Notes: a model not told the origin generated them from the sequence alone. Shown: positions 38,142 to 48,732, numbered from the stretch's first letter. The stretch: DNA of 64,000 nt from Candidatus Bathyarchaeia archaeon (GCA_038882655.1 JAVZNT010000001.1:1-64000), one strand, 5' to 3'. A program made the numbers and translations.

Positions 38142-39128
38142 ATGAAGAACATCAAAAATTTGCTTATGAAGGTTGGGCATTTTCTTATAAAGGTTTCACC
38201 AATCATTTCGCTTATTATACCCATAGTTATCCTCTATTACTTGGAGCCAGCGTCTTTTGAGAAAGCGTGGAGAGGTAGAATCTTCCTCATTTTTTTTATC
38301 TGGATTGCCCTACTAGAAGCCATATTAGACTGGGAAAGACTCCAAGTAAAATTCATAAACAATAAATCTTTAAAGAGGACTTTTCTGTTCTTTTTATCTG
38401 CCTTAGTTCCAACAATTTTTGTAATTGTCTTCAACTATTACAAATACAATGAAAGAGTCGTCAGGATTGCCGCAGAGAATGGTGTTGCTTTATGGATTGC
38501 AAAAGAACTACCAGCATCCTTAGAATTTCTATTCCTCACAGTTTTATTTTGCCTAACAGTTCTCATAGCCTACGGAATTAAAAACTTACCTGTTTTTTCC
38601 GGCTCAATTTTCTTTTTAGGAATCATGGGCCTTTTGTTTACAATAGATGACTTGCATCCTGGTGGAAAGTTTGCACCCCTTCAAATGCTTGTCCCAGCGA
38701 CAGCCTTTTTTGCAGCAAGTTTTCTCGGGTTGGCCGGATATAAAGCTACACTGTCAGAATATAACGATCCGATCTACGGTTTTGTTTCAACACTTGAAGT
38801 TGACGGTCATAATTTTACTATAGGTTGGTTATGTGCTGGTGTGGAAAGCCTTGTAATTTATACAGTTGTCATATTTCTTTTCCTAAGGAAAAGTGAAATT
38901 GCTGCAAAACGTAAACTACTGTATTTTATATTCGGTGCTATAGTCACATACTTTATCAATATCATGAGAATTTTCACTTTAGTTATGATAGCTTTGAGCG
39001 GAAACATGAAATATTTTAACGAGTTCCACAATTTTTACGGGTCGTTTTATTCAATTACATGGATAACCATTTACCCAGTTATCATAATAGGAATCGAAAG
39101 TTTACTGAAGAGAAGAGCGAAAAAGTAG
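38142..39128 (+). CDS. Exosortase/archaeosortase family protein
   Basis: Polytopic membrane protein with IGWLCAGVESL (Cys), NIMRI (Arg), FHNFYG (His). Confidence 0.82.
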   Translation: MKNIKNLLMKVGHFLIKVSPIISLIIPIVILYYLEPASFEKAWRGRIFLIFFIWIALLEAILDWERLQVKFINNKSLKRTFLFFLSALVPTIFVIVFNYYKYNERVVRIAAENGVALWIAKELPASLEFLFLTVLFCLTVLIAYGIKNLPVFSGSIFFLGIMGLLFTIDDLHPGGKFAPLQMLVPATAFFAASFLGLAGYKATLSEYNDPIYGFVSTLEVDGHNFTIGWLCAGVESLVIYTVVIFLFLRKSEIAAKRKLLYFIFGAIVTYFINIMRIFTLVMIALSGNMKYFNEFHNFYGSFYSITWITIYPVIIIGIESLLKRRAKK

Positions 39129-39131
39129 AGT

Positions 39132-39680
39132 CTACCCTACGCTGATCTTTTCAGCCAAACCTTGCCTTATCAAAATTTTTGCGTTTTCAATTGGTAAGGA
39201 TGCGATATCCTCAGTATTGAAAGGCCCATAGGCTTTCATGTCTCTTCCCACGATGGCTGGAACTTCTTTCAGAAACCTTAAGACGATTCTTTTCTGCTCT
39301 TTTTCATCACGCATTGCTACGTGTTGTCCTTCTAAAAGTTGTTTTGTTAGGTCTTGAAGGTTTTCTAGAAGGGATGCAATTTTTTGAATGGCAACTTGCT
39401 CCTCTTTTGTTAATACGTTCGACTGGATTTTCTCACCCTTAAACGCCTTTTTGACCATTTTTTCACGGCGTATTTTTAGCAGTTGTTGTAGCATTTGTTT
39501 AACATTTTGCATTTCGGCTTGAAGAAGAGCCGCCCTAACAGTCTTTTTATCGATCATGCGGGTTTCTTCCTTAATCCTCCTTAAATAATCAGCCACTTTG
39601 ATGTAGAAGTCTTGGGGTAGTTCTTCTAACGTATCTTTCTCGCGTTCATTCTTCCAAATTCTGTATAATTCCTCATACAT
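39132..39680 (-). CDS. GINS subunit (Gins15/Gins51)
   Basis: LPQDFY, R.EK, C-terminal B-domain VPAIVG.DMK.YGPF..EDIASLP.ENA..L; adjacent to priS. Confidence 0.88.
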   Translation of the reverse strand: MYEELYRIWKNEREKDTLEELPQDFYIKVADYLRRIKEETRMIDKKTVRAALLQAEMQNVKQMLQQLLKIRREKMVKKAFKGEKIQSNVLTKEEQVAIQKIASLLENLQDLTKQLLEGQHVAMRDEKEQKRIVLRFLKEVPAIVGRDMKAYGPFNTEDIASLPIENAKILIRQGLAEKISVG

Positions 39681-39684
39681 TATT

Positions 39685-40887
39685 TCACACCTCTGCTTTG
39701 CCCTTACAAATTAACAAGATAGCCGCCGCCGTTGGAAGCTCAACCTTAACATTCTTGTACGGGCCGAAAATCTCATCGCCAATTCTAAACTGCGGGGAAT
39801 TATTGACTGACACTGTGACTGTTCCTTTTCTAAAGGCTACAGAATCCTTGAAAGGATCAAAGTCGTCTATCCTTGATATGGGCGTCTCAACTTTCTTAAA
39901 TCCCGTTTTGCCATGTAATGTGTTTGTCATTCTAACAAGACGGTGAACGTCTGTTGTGACAACAGTGTCAATTTCAATAAACTCTTTCTGAGCGCAGTAA
40001 TCAAATATTTTCTTCCAGGTCTCCGGTCCGACGCCTTTTATTGATTTCCAAGGTTCAGCCTCCTCTAAAATTTGTATAACCTTTTCCTTTCTTTCCAGCA
40101 GAGTTCTAGCGACTTTCTTATTTAGTCCCACTCTCTCGAAGTCTTCCAAACCAGCATTCAAAATAAAAACGCGTAATCCGTTATTGATTCTTCTATACCA
40201 ATTTGACGCATTCTTCACCTTTCCTCCGCCTAAGCTTTGAAAGTCCACTTCAAAACCTATGCCACACACATAGTCAACAATTTCTTTACGGGAGATGGCG
40301 TCTAGGTTTTGGACAACCTCGCTTTCTATGTAGATGTGGTAGCCTCTATGCCCTGAAAAGAAAACATGCAACTCATTATCAGAGAAGCCAAAATCGCTTT
40401 TTAGAATGTCTAAAAGCTTTATGGTTTCACTTTTTGCCGTATCCACGCAGTCTTGACAAAGCCACGTGTATGCTTCAAACCTTTCGTCACCGCATATCGG
40501 ACATCTTTCTGGTGTTATTCCCTTTCCGGAGAATCCGCAGCCACGGCAAGTCCATTCGTCATGGATCTTATTGCATGGTGTTGGAATGTGGTCGACATCT
40601 ATGTCAAAGATCAGGTCTGCTCCTAACCATCCCTTTCTCTCCATCTCAGCCGTTGGGTTTTCGTAGTAGGCACAAGAGTGGTAGGCGTCGCTAGGAACAA
40701 AATCTTGCATAAAATCCCTTACCTCTTCAATGCCTTTGAAACTTTTGTGGCGAACCATCTGATTCTCAAAAGATAAAAAGCCAAACTCTCGTCTATCAAG
40801 GCTTGAAATTACGGTGTCTAGAGGGAACTCTTCTTGATAATAGTAACGAAACCTGTCTCGAATAAAAACTGATGATGTCAACTTCAA
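39685..40887 (-). CDS. priS: DNA primase small (catalytic) subunit
   Basis: RREFGF, DLIFDIDVD, FSGHRGYH, IDTVVTTDVHRLVR...LHGKTG. Confidence 0.95.
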   Translation of the reverse strand: MKLTSSVFIRDRFRYYYQEEFPLDTVISSLDRREFGFLSFENQMVRHKSFKGIEEVRDFMQDFVPSDAYHSCAYYENPTAEMERKGWLGADLIFDIDVDHIPTPCNKIHDEWTCRGCGFSGKGITPERCPICGDERFEAYTWLCQDCVDTAKSETIKLLDILKSDFGFSDNELHVFFSGHRGYHIYIESEVVQNLDAISRKEIVDYVCGIGFEVDFQSLGGGKVKNASNWYRRINNGLRVFILNAGLEDFERVGLNKKVARTLLERKEKVIQILEEAEPWKSIKGVGPETWKKIFDYCAQKEFIEIDTVVTTDVHRLVRMTNTLHGKTGFKKVETPISRIDDFDPFKDSVAFRKGTVTVSVNNSPQFRIGDEIFGPYKNVKVELPTAAAILLICKGKAEV

Positions 40888-41000
40888 ATTCTTCGAATTC
40901 TCAAAAACAGCAAGAAAATAAAAAGTTTATGCTCACAAAATTGATGCATGTCATTTTTGGTTTTGATAACATTTTAATGTGTAAACGTAAAATTACTATC

Positions 41001-41867
41001 ATGGCTGCTAAGATGATTGATCCTTCAAGTTTGTTGACAAAACTTTCAAATTGGGTTTTGCGGTGCAAGGGAAACCTTGTTAAAATAAACTTTGAGGTCG
41101 ATGAGAAACAGTTCAAGGCGTTTGTGCCCGACGACCAGTTGTTTGGAGCAGTTAAAGATGTTCTCTTAAACAGAGTTTATGAGTATCTCCCTGATTTTGA
41201 GCTTACGAATTTTAATGATGAAGTTATAATTGATGCTGGTGCTCATGTAGGATTATTCAGCCTGATCGCTTCGATCTTTGCTGAAAAGGTTATCTCAATA
41301 GAACCTCACCCAATGAACTTTGGCCTTTTGAAAATTAACAAAATGATAAACGATGTTGAGAACATTATACTTTTGAAGAAGGCATTATGGTACAAGAAGG
41401 CGATGTTAAACCTCTATGAAGGCGACCACACTGGTTCGCATTCGGTTACCCAGAGAAAAGACCAGGTGAAAAGTTATTCTGTACACGCGGTGACGCTTGA
41501 AGAGGTAATTGACAAACTCGGTGAAGTAGGATTGTTAAAGATGGACATTGAAGGAGGAGAATTTGAGGTTTTTAAGCACGTAGAAAAAGACCTTCTAGAC
41601 GGTATAAAATGCATGAGCGTCGAAATTCATACAAAGGCTGGAGACCCAAACCAAATTATAAACGTCCTATCCTCTCGGAATTTTAAAGTGGAGTTTTTCT
41701 ATCCACCAATTGTTAAAGATTCGGCTAATTCTAGCTACCAGATAAAGATTAAAGACTTATTTAGCGTAAAAGCATGGAGAAAACTTGTTTATGGCTTGTG
41801 TTCGCTAGTTAGAGTAAAAGATAAATCGGCTATGATTTTGTTTGCAAAAAGAAAGGAAATAAAGTAA
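41001..41867 (+). CDS. FkbM family methyltransferase
   Basis: IIDAGAHVGLFS, IEP.P.N, LLKMDIEGGE, VEIH. Confidence 0.9.
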   Translation: MAAKMIDPSSLLTKLSNWVLRCKGNLVKINFEVDEKQFKAFVPDDQLFGAVKDVLLNRVYEYLPDFELTNFNDEVIIDAGAHVGLFSLIASIFAEKVISIEPHPMNFGLLKINKMINDVENIILLKKALWYKKAMLNLYEGDHTGSHSVTQRKDQVKSYSVHAVTLEEVIDKLGEVGLLKMDIEGGEFEVFKHVEKDLLDGIKCMSVEIHTKAGDPNQIINVLSSRNFKVEFFYPPIVKDSANSSYQIKIKDLFSVKAWRKLVYGLCSLVRVKDKSAMILFAKRKEIK

Positions 41868-42019
41868 TTTCTTGGGTCAGTAGTTCCTAAAATTTCTACG
41901 TTATTTTACCGGATCTTCGAAATCTCGGATTTATTTAATGGACAGCTAAGACACAAAACAGCGACGGGGAAATTAATAAATCTTAATTAATTCCTCTCAA
42001 ATACCTCTACAGAATTCAT

Positions 42020-43105
42020 ATGAAAGTTTTAATGGTTTCAGGCGGCAGAGGCGGCGTATATAGGTTCACATATGAAATAGTCAGCAGACTTTCTAAGAAA
42101 GGCTACAACTTTTTCGTGATCTTTCTCACCGGGAATGAAGATTTGATGGATCCTCCGCTTAAAAAGGTGCCGTTCACGTTTATTAACAACCCAAAACACT
42201 GGTGGGACACCCTAAAGTTTTTTAGGATAAGGGAGTTTGACATAATTCACTCAAACTTTGCAGCACCAATACCCTTCCTTTCAATCGCGAAAAAGCCGAT
42301 AATTTTCACGTGCCACGGATTGCCTCTACCGTGGCTGGCAGAAGGTTTCAATGAAAAGTTTCTTTACACCATTGAAAAATTGGCATTTTACATAGTCGAC
42401 AAAAAAGCAACGAAAATAGTGTCCGTCTCAAAAACCCTCCAAAAACAAATCGTAGCGACCTACAATATTCACTCGCAAGTAATATATCATGGAATAGAAC
42501 CTACAATATACCAAGGCGCAAAGGAAGATAAAGTTGAATGCAAGAGGCTTCTTGGGGCGAACCCTGAAGAAAAAATTATACTTTTTGTCGGTACACTCCA
42601 CCCCTTTAAGGACCCGTTGACGCTTATAAAATCTTTTAGCATAATAGCAAAGAAACAAAATAAAATTAGGCTAATTTTAGTCGGTGAAGGAAAATTACGC
42701 CCCAAAATACTTGAACTCGCTAAAAACTTCAAAGTTTTAGATAAAATCAGCATCCACAGCCGACTAAAATTTGATGAGCTTGTTCTTTTTTATCGTGCTG
42801 CTGACGTCTTTGTTCTTCCATCAATAAGTGAAGGTTTGGGCATTGTGACCTTAGAGGCCATGGCGTCTGGCACTCCATGCATTGTATCCAACGGTGGGGC
42901 ATGTCCGGAAATAGTGCAAGACTGTGGGCTCATTTTTAAGCAAGGAGATTATCGCGACCTAGCTGAAAAAATCCTTCAAGTTTTGGAGGACGACAACTTG
43001 GCACAAACATTAGCCTTAAAAGGATACGAAAGGGTTAAAAAAGTTTTTTCATGGGAAAAGGCGGTTGCCCAATACGAAAAGCTCTACTCTTGTCTTATAA
43101 AGTGA
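42020..43105 (+). CDS. Glycosyltransferase family 4
   Basis: ADVFVLPS..EGLGIVTLEAMASGTP, FSWE. Confidence 0.93.
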   Translation: MKVLMVSGGRGGVYRFTYEIVSRLSKKGYNFFVIFLTGNEDLMDPPLKKVPFTFINNPKHWWDTLKFFRIREFDIIHSNFAAPIPFLSIAKKPIIFTCHGLPLPWLAEGFNEKFLYTIEKLAFYIVDKKATKIVSVSKTLQKQIVATYNIHSQVIYHGIEPTIYQGAKEDKVECKRLLGANPEEKIILFVGTLHPFKDPLTLIKSFSIIAKKQNKIRLILVGEGKLRPKILELAKNFKVLDKISIHSRLKFDELVLFYRAADVFVLPSISEGLGIVTLEAMASGTPCIVSNGGACPEIVQDCGLIFKQGDYRDLAEKILQVLEDDNLAQTLALKGYERVKKVFSWEKAVAQYEKLYSCLIK

Positions 43106-43106
43106 G

Positions 43107-45005
43107 CTACGATACCTTGTAAACTTCTAAAATATCCAAACGTGCACGCAAATACTTGTCACCACTAGTAATTCTACTTAACTCCCTACTTAACAAAGCA
43201 ACCTTTAACAAATGCTCTCCTTCATCCAAAACGCTATTAAGCACAATTACTTTCTCCGGATTTCCAGTGCCATTAAATATTTGTGACTGATTCTCGTCAA
43301 CCTGAACTTTAAGAGATGTTGTTTCATTTGCCCAATAACTTAGATATACAACATAATTTCCCTTTTCTTTAATAGCAAATAGTACCTCTATGGCTGGCGT
43401 TTGGGCTATATTCCCTGTCATCCAGCATTCAAGCACTAGTGGATAATCTCCCCAGCTTTTATTAGATGGATACCAGTTGCCATATACAACCCTTGAATGC
43501 TGGAAAATTGGAATGATCAGTTTTCCCTCAGTTTCACGCAGCTTTGTCACGTTAACGATGTAGAGGTTATCTTCTCCTAACGGTTCCATAAATGCCTCAA
43601 AATCTCTCGGGATGGCTACAAGATCGGTGAACTCCAATCCATAGACGACCACAGCATCATCATGCGATTGGAAGTTTGCGCAGATTTCTTGGAATAACAT
43701 GTTTGAAGTTTGCCTGCTAGACCAGTAAAAGAAAGGCGTCGGCATCCAATCCCGAAGATAGTAAACACTGCCAACATATGTGTAAACGTTCCCAATAACA
43801 GCCCTACCCCAGTTATAAATACGTTGTCCAGCTTCGCCGGCATAACGGTCTGAATAGTCAGCAACTATTATTATTGGCTGGTTGTGAAACTTTTGCTTTA
43901 AAAATAGCATTTTCTCGTAGGTTTCTGGACGGATAGATATGTTATAGAAATTCATAAACAAGAGAGTTGATAAATTGAAGATAATCACGAAAACGGGTAT
44001 ACTAAACCTTAGCTTCACCCTCGAAGATTTTATTTTTTGAATAATTCTATAATTGACTTCTTCAATTTTATGAATTGCAAGAAAAGGCGTTGGAAAGAGG
44101 ATAACTGCTCTCTCAGAAAATATCATAAAGGAAGCTTCAAAATACTGGACTAATCCAAATATCACTGAAATGAAACCCCACACAACAAAAAGCTTTTTTA
44201 AAAAATCTCTTTCACCTCTAAACCGAACTTCACAGATTAACTGATAAATTCCAATCAATCCTGCGGGACCTAAATAAGCAAGCCACTGCCATATTTCCAT
44301 TACACTTCCTTTGAATGATCCACCAGAGTACACCAGTAACTTTCTGATGTGAATGTAATACATCGTAGCGGCAGGCAAAATAGAAATTAACAAGAAAAAT
44401 GTAAGGGCTGTTTTCTCAATTTTTCCCATGCTTTTTTCGGTGGACAATGATAAAACTAAAATGAACGTTAAGAACAATGTGCTTTCGATATGGGTAAAAG
44501 AAGATAAAACAAGCAGAAAAGTTGCGATTCCTAAGTAATGTTTTTTCGCGTTTCTTAAATATAAATGCAAGAAATATATAGTTGGTAGAAGCATATTGAG
44601 CGCTAATAGATTGTTATGAAGATCTGAAGCTATCCTAAATGCGCCGAACCATGAAAGGATTGTGGCTGTGTAAATTTTCCAATCTCCATTAGGGTACATT
44701 TTTGTCAAGAGAAAATAGGCTTCGATTAAAAGTATGAATAATAGGACTGGAGGAAGAAGTTTCTCCACAATAAAAGCATTCACACCTAGCCTTACAAATA
44801 AACTTCCAAAAGCTATGTAAACGAAGTTGTTAAAGTCCAATTTTGCAATGAAACTCAAATCTTCGGCAATAGTCCTTATTTGCCAGATGTATCTTGGAGT
44901 ATCCCAACCCACTGGCACAAGAAGCATACTAGCAGGATAAAAAATATAAAAAAACATAAACACAAATGCTGTGATAAAGGTAAAAACGAGCATCGCCTTT
45001 TTCAT
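43107..45005 (-). CDS. Polytopic membrane protein with C-terminal beta-sandwich; possible GT-C fold glycosyltransferase
   Basis: About 10 TM segments, GWDTPRY in the first loop, ERA motif; lies in the glycosylation cluster. Confidence 0.55.
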   Translation of the reverse strand: MKKAMLVFTFITAFVFMFFYIFYPASMLLVPVGWDTPRYIWQIRTIAEDLSFIAKLDFNNFVYIAFGSLFVRLGVNAFIVEKLLPPVLLFILLIEAYFLLTKMYPNGDWKIYTATILSWFGAFRIASDLHNNLLALNMLLPTIYFLHLYLRNAKKHYLGIATFLLVLSSFTHIESTLFLTFILVLSLSTEKSMGKIEKTALTFFLLISILPAATMYYIHIRKLLVYSGGSFKGSVMEIWQWLAYLGPAGLIGIYQLICEVRFRGERDFLKKLFVVWGFISVIFGLVQYFEASFMIFSERAVILFPTPFLAIHKIEEVNYRIIQKIKSSRVKLRFSIPVFVIIFNLSTLLFMNFYNISIRPETYEKMLFLKQKFHNQPIIIVADYSDRYAGEAGQRIYNWGRAVIGNVYTYVGSVYYLRDWMPTPFFYWSSRQTSNMLFQEICANFQSHDDAVVVYGLEFTDLVAIPRDFEAFMEPLGEDNLYIVNVTKLRETEGKLIIPIFQHSRVVYGNWYPSNKSWGDYPLVLECWMTGNIAQTPAIEVLFAIKEKGNYVVYLSYWANETTSLKVQVDENQSQIFNGTGNPEKVIVLNSVLDEGEHLLKVALLSRELSRITSGDKYLRARLDILEVYKVS

Positions 45006-45958
45006 TTTGTCTTCCAGCTTATAACACCTCTGAGCATTCCTAATGTGTAGCTAAAGTACATAGAAATCATTATGAATGGGGTGAAAAGGAAGTGTTCAAT
45101 TTTCTTAAACTTGTAATACGCATAAATCGAACAGAGAAGTGCGAATGCCACAAAGGATGCGACAATGAAAAGAAGCAACAGAGGTTCAAGAATGATTATT
45201 GGGACAATTATTAGCATTAATAGGAAAGCAATCAAGGGCGAAAGATTTGTTTTGCCAATATGTGGGTACTCCTTCATTGCGCGTCCTCGTCCCTTGCCGT
45301 AATTGTAAAAATGTCGCATGAAACTACGCCAATCCCATATCTTCCACATGTGTTCCACCTCAACTTTGGGATCGTAAACTATTTTGTATCCGAGGCTTCT
45401 AATTCTTGAGCAGACTTCAACATCCTCGCAATAGTTGGTATCCTTAAAACCTCCAACTTTTTTAAGGGCTTCTTTCTTAAAAAAGGCATTACATGTTGGC
45501 ACATAAGAAACTTCGCGCTTGTTTGGAAAATTAGAGAACGTAACCGACCACCCATTAATGAGAGGAATGGAAATGATGCTCAAAGAAATTTGAGAAAATT
45601 CTGGAAGAGCCCTATGAGGTTTTACGGTTCCTCCAACAACTCCTATTTTTTCATTTTCGCATGCCTTAACTCCGCTTATCAGCCACTTGTTATCGACAAC
45701 GCAATCATCGTCTACAAATGCAACAACCTCTCCAGAGGAGTTTTCCACCCCAATGTTTCTTGCTGCCCCTCTAGACGTGTTTGGCTGTTCAATAACCTTT
45801 ATTGGGACATCAGTTGTCGGAAACGTTTGTAATAAATTTTTATGACAAACAAGGACAATCTCGTAGTCTTCAAAATCTTGATTAATAAGCGATGTTAAAG
45901 TCTCATTTATTCGCGAATTCAATTCTTTTGTTATTATTACAACTGAAATTTTGGGCAT
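45002..45958 (-). CDS. Glycosyltransferase family 2
   Basis: ISVVI, AARNIG, AFVDDDC, GGF..CEDVE, C-terminal TMs. Confidence 0.92.
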   Translation of the reverse strand: MPKISVVIITKELNSRINETLTSLINQDFEDYEIVLVCHKNLLQTFPTTDVPIKVIEQPNTSRGAARNIGVENSSGEVVAFVDDDCVVDNKWLISGVKACENEKIGVVGGTVKPHRALPEFSQISLSIISIPLINGWSVTFSNFPNKREVSYVPTCNAFFKKEALKKVGGFKDTNYCEDVEVCSRIRSLGYKIVYDPKVEVEHMWKIWDWRSFMRHFYNYGKGRGRAMKEYPHIGKTNLSPLIAFLLMLIIVPIIILEPLLLLFIVASFVAFALLCSIYAYYKFKKIEHFLFTPFIMISMYFSYTLGMLRGVISWKTK

Positions 45959-46031
45959 AGCGCATTCCTTGCATCGCTGTGCAAAATTGTCATGACAAGC
46001 AACTCGGGTATGGGAAATTAGCTGGATGATT

Positions 46032-46826
46032 TCAGCACATGATTGTTCGTCTAAGGTCTAGGAACATTGGTGCTCGGCTGTTTTCCATAAAAGTTATTGG
46101 CATATAGAATGTTGGCCGCCATATAGGAGTTGATCCAACAAAGTACCATCTTAGGGTAAATAGATGTAGTGTGTTTTTCATCCCGTCTACTAACGCGTTG
46201 AGTTTTTGCTTTCCTACCCTCCTTCTATAAGGTACTGGTATCTCTGCAGACTTAAAGAATCTGAAGGCAAAAACTTTTATTTCCTCTGAAAATGCCATAC
46301 CATCAGCTAGAAAATCTATTTTATCCAGTATGCTTTTTCGGAAAACCCACATTCCTGATTGTGAATCGTTAATGTTTACTCTGAAAAGAAGTTTTGTAGT
46401 ATAGGTTAGTATCTTGTTTCCAATGAGGTGGAGCCATGGGAAGCTTTTATGTGTAAACTTTTTCATTCTATTTGTTGAGATGAAATCCAGCCTGTATGTG
46501 TCTAACATTTTAACTAGTTTTGGAATTAGAAAGGCGGGATATGAGTAATCTCCGTCTAGTGTTACTATTATATCTCCGCTTGCATGTGAAAAACCGGTTT
46601 TGTAGGCTCTTCCATATCCTCTTCGCGGTTCAACAATAACTTTTGCCCCATTTTTGCAAGCTATTTCCCTTGTACGGTCGGTAGACCCGCCATCTACTAC
46701 TATGATTTCACATTTGTAGCCTATTTTTTCAAGTTCTTTTTTAGGGAGTTCATTCAATACCTTTTGTAACCCTTCTTCTTCGTTTAGAACTGGAATAACT
46801 ATGCTCACTAACTTTGGGATGCTCAA
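46032..46826 (-). CDS. Glycosyltransferase family 2 (dolichol-phosphate glycosyltransferase-like)
   Basis: VIPVLNEE, VDGGSTD, GYG.A, LDGD, DSQSG, EIPVPY..R.G..K. Confidence 0.92.
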   Translation of the reverse strand: MSIPKLVSIVIPVLNEEEGLQKVLNELPKKELEKIGYKCEIIVVDGGSTDRTREIACKNGAKVIVEPRRGYGRAYKTGFSHASGDIIVTLDGDYSYPAFLIPKLVKMLDTYRLDFISTNRMKKFTHKSFPWLHLIGNKILTYTTKLLFRVNINDSQSGMWVFRKSILDKIDFLADGMAFSEEIKVFAFRFFKSAEIPVPYRRRVGKQKLNALVDGMKNTLHLFTLRWYFVGSTPIWRPTFYMPITFMENSRAPMFLDLRRTIMC

Positions 46827-46934
46827 CGCTTAACCTTACCTTGCTCATATTTTTTAAGGCGTTAACATTTAAGTTTATCGCACTAGTTACGAATCATGGC
46901 TTATAAAAGTAACTGTTTGTCCGCCTTATTTCTC

Positions 46935-47957
46935 TTATTTCCTTTTGTAATATGTTAGGGGATGGCTTACTTTTCTACATATTTCATCTGGCTCTATGCA
47001 TAGTCCATGCGTTTTGAGCGTGTCACAATTTGGAGGCTTGTATCGTGTTCTTGAACCCCGTTCACCAGCGATGTGTTCCACTTGGTAGCGGGTCATGCGT
47101 TCGTTGAAGTCTGAGGAGGTTCTAAATAGTTCAATTATGTTTTCGGTGGGCATTCTTATGTTCACAAGAAAGGATGTTAAAGTGAATCTTCCTATGTGGG
47201 ATATGTGGCGTCCCTTAGAAGCAGCGTCATAGAGGGCTTTTATGCATGGTGGAAAGGCATCTTTTTTAAGGGTTCTCGGGATGCCCTCTATTTCCGCTTT
47301 GCTGACTTTTTCAAGTGTTAAGCTCTTGATTCTCTCAACTATTTCTGTTATTTTTTGGGGAAATTCCGGCAGATCCTTTATTTCTATGCGTTTTTCTATG
47401 TGTTTTCTGATTTCTTCACTGAGTAGTCTTGCAGTTTCGTTTAGTGTTAGGTAAACGTTTCCGTCTTTTAGTAGGCGGTTTACTAGTTTCCATTTTTTCT
47501 CCCGGAGGTTCGATGTGTTTTTGAGGTAGTCAGTAAAATGAAGCTTAAATTGGTATGGGGTTTCTGTTTCCGGGTTTGTTGCGATTTTCCATTGGAAGCT
47601 GCTTGCTATTGCCAAAATTTTTTCTGGCGGCTCGTTTTTCATGGTGTTGTAGGCTTGTTTTGCCTCTGCTAGGGCGTATCTTCTCTTTATGAAGGAGGTT
47701 TGAGTGGCTGCTGCTAGCATTGTTGCTGTTGGGAATGATAGGATTTCTATTTCCTCGTTTTTGGTTTTTCTTGTTACTATTGCATATAATATTGCTTCTT
47801 CCACTCTTTCTTTGGCGCGTTCTAGAATTTGGACGAATTCTGGACTTGCTAGGTCTTCAATTTTTAGGTCTAGGGTTTTTACGTATTCTGCTGCTTCTTT
47901 TAGGAAGGGGTATTTGGCTAGGTCGTTTTTTGTGAATTTAACGGTTGTAACTTGCAT
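46935..47957 (-). CDS. priL: DNA primase large subunit
   Basis: AKYPFL, FPPCI, H..RF.L.SFL, DF.E..TRYQVEHI.G, Y.PP.C..L...GLC...C...HPL.YY. Confidence 0.95.
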   Translation of the reverse strand: MQVTTVKFTKNDLAKYPFLKEAAEYVKTLDLKIEDLASPEFVQILERAKERVEEAILYAIVTRKTKNEEIEILSFPTATMLAAATQTSFIKRRYALAEAKQAYNTMKNEPPEKILAIASSFQWKIATNPETETPYQFKLHFTDYLKNTSNLREKKWKLVNRLLKDGNVYLTLNETARLLSEEIRKHIEKRIEIKDLPEFPQKITEIVERIKSLTLEKVSKAEIEGIPRTLKKDAFPPCIKALYDAASKGRHISHIGRFTLTSFLVNIRMPTENIIELFRTSSDFNERMTRYQVEHIAGERGSRTRYKPPNCDTLKTHGLCIEPDEICRKVSHPLTYYKRK

Positions 47958-47967
47958 TTTTTCACTG

Positions 47968-48732
47968 TTAGGTTGTTTCTATTCTTGGTGCTAGGTAGAA
48001 GGTTAGTTTTCCTTCTTTTGCTTGTTGGAAGTCTATTTTTATTGGCATGTCTGTTGAGAATTCGAGGGTGGCTATGTCTGATGTGGCTGACGCCGCCTTA
48101 ATTATTTCTGAGAGGTAGCTTAGGCTGAAAGTAGCCTTTGAGGGTTCTTTTGCCTCTAGGTTTAGTAGTGCGTCGCTTCCCCTTTTCAGTTCTATTGTGG
48201 CGCCCATTAGGTCGCCTGTGGCTTGGAAAACTAGCTTTTCGTTGTCTGCCTCTATTCGGACATGGTCGCTTACGAGTTCGGCGTCTTCCACTGCTTGGCG
48301 TAAGCCGTCTGTTGTGGCTTTTGCTCTTACGTTAAATGTTATTTTTGGTGTCGGTACCTCTTCCTCTGATGCTTCGAGGGTTGGCATTGTAAAGTTTCGC
48401 GTATACTTTCCAGTTATCTTCAACTGTAGACGTCCAGTTTTTTCATCTAGAGCCAGCTCAATAACCTCGTCCTTCCCGGCTCTTTTCAGAAGTTTTAACA
48501 GTTCGCCTATGTTTATGCACATTTTTGTTGGTTCAGTGCAGACGTACTCCTCGAAAACTGTTTTCGGCCATTCGAAGTCCACCATGGCGACGCGGGATGG
48601 GTCCATCGCCCTAAGCGTTAGGGCTTCAGGCGTTATCTGGAAAGTAGCTTCGTCAACGAGGATGGATATAGCTGTCGCCATGTCCCTCAGAAGCTTAGCG
48701 TCTGAAACTTTAAGCTTAAACACTTGCTTCAC
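47968..48732 (-). CDS. pcn: DNA polymerase sliding clamp PCNA
   Basis: RAMDPSRVAM, FSLSYL, FYLAPR. Confidence 0.97.
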   Translation of the reverse strand: MKQVFKLKVSDAKLLRDMATAISILVDEATFQITPEALTLRAMDPSRVAMVDFEWPKTVFEEYVCTEPTKMCINIGELLKLLKRAGKDEVIELALDEKTGRLQLKITGKYTRNFTMPTLEASEEEVPTPKITFNVRAKATTDGLRQAVEDAELVSDHVRIEADNEKLVFQATGDLMGATIELKRGSDALLNLEAKEPSKATFSLSYLSEIIKAASATSDIATLEFSTDMPIKIDFQQAKEGKLTFYLAPRIETT

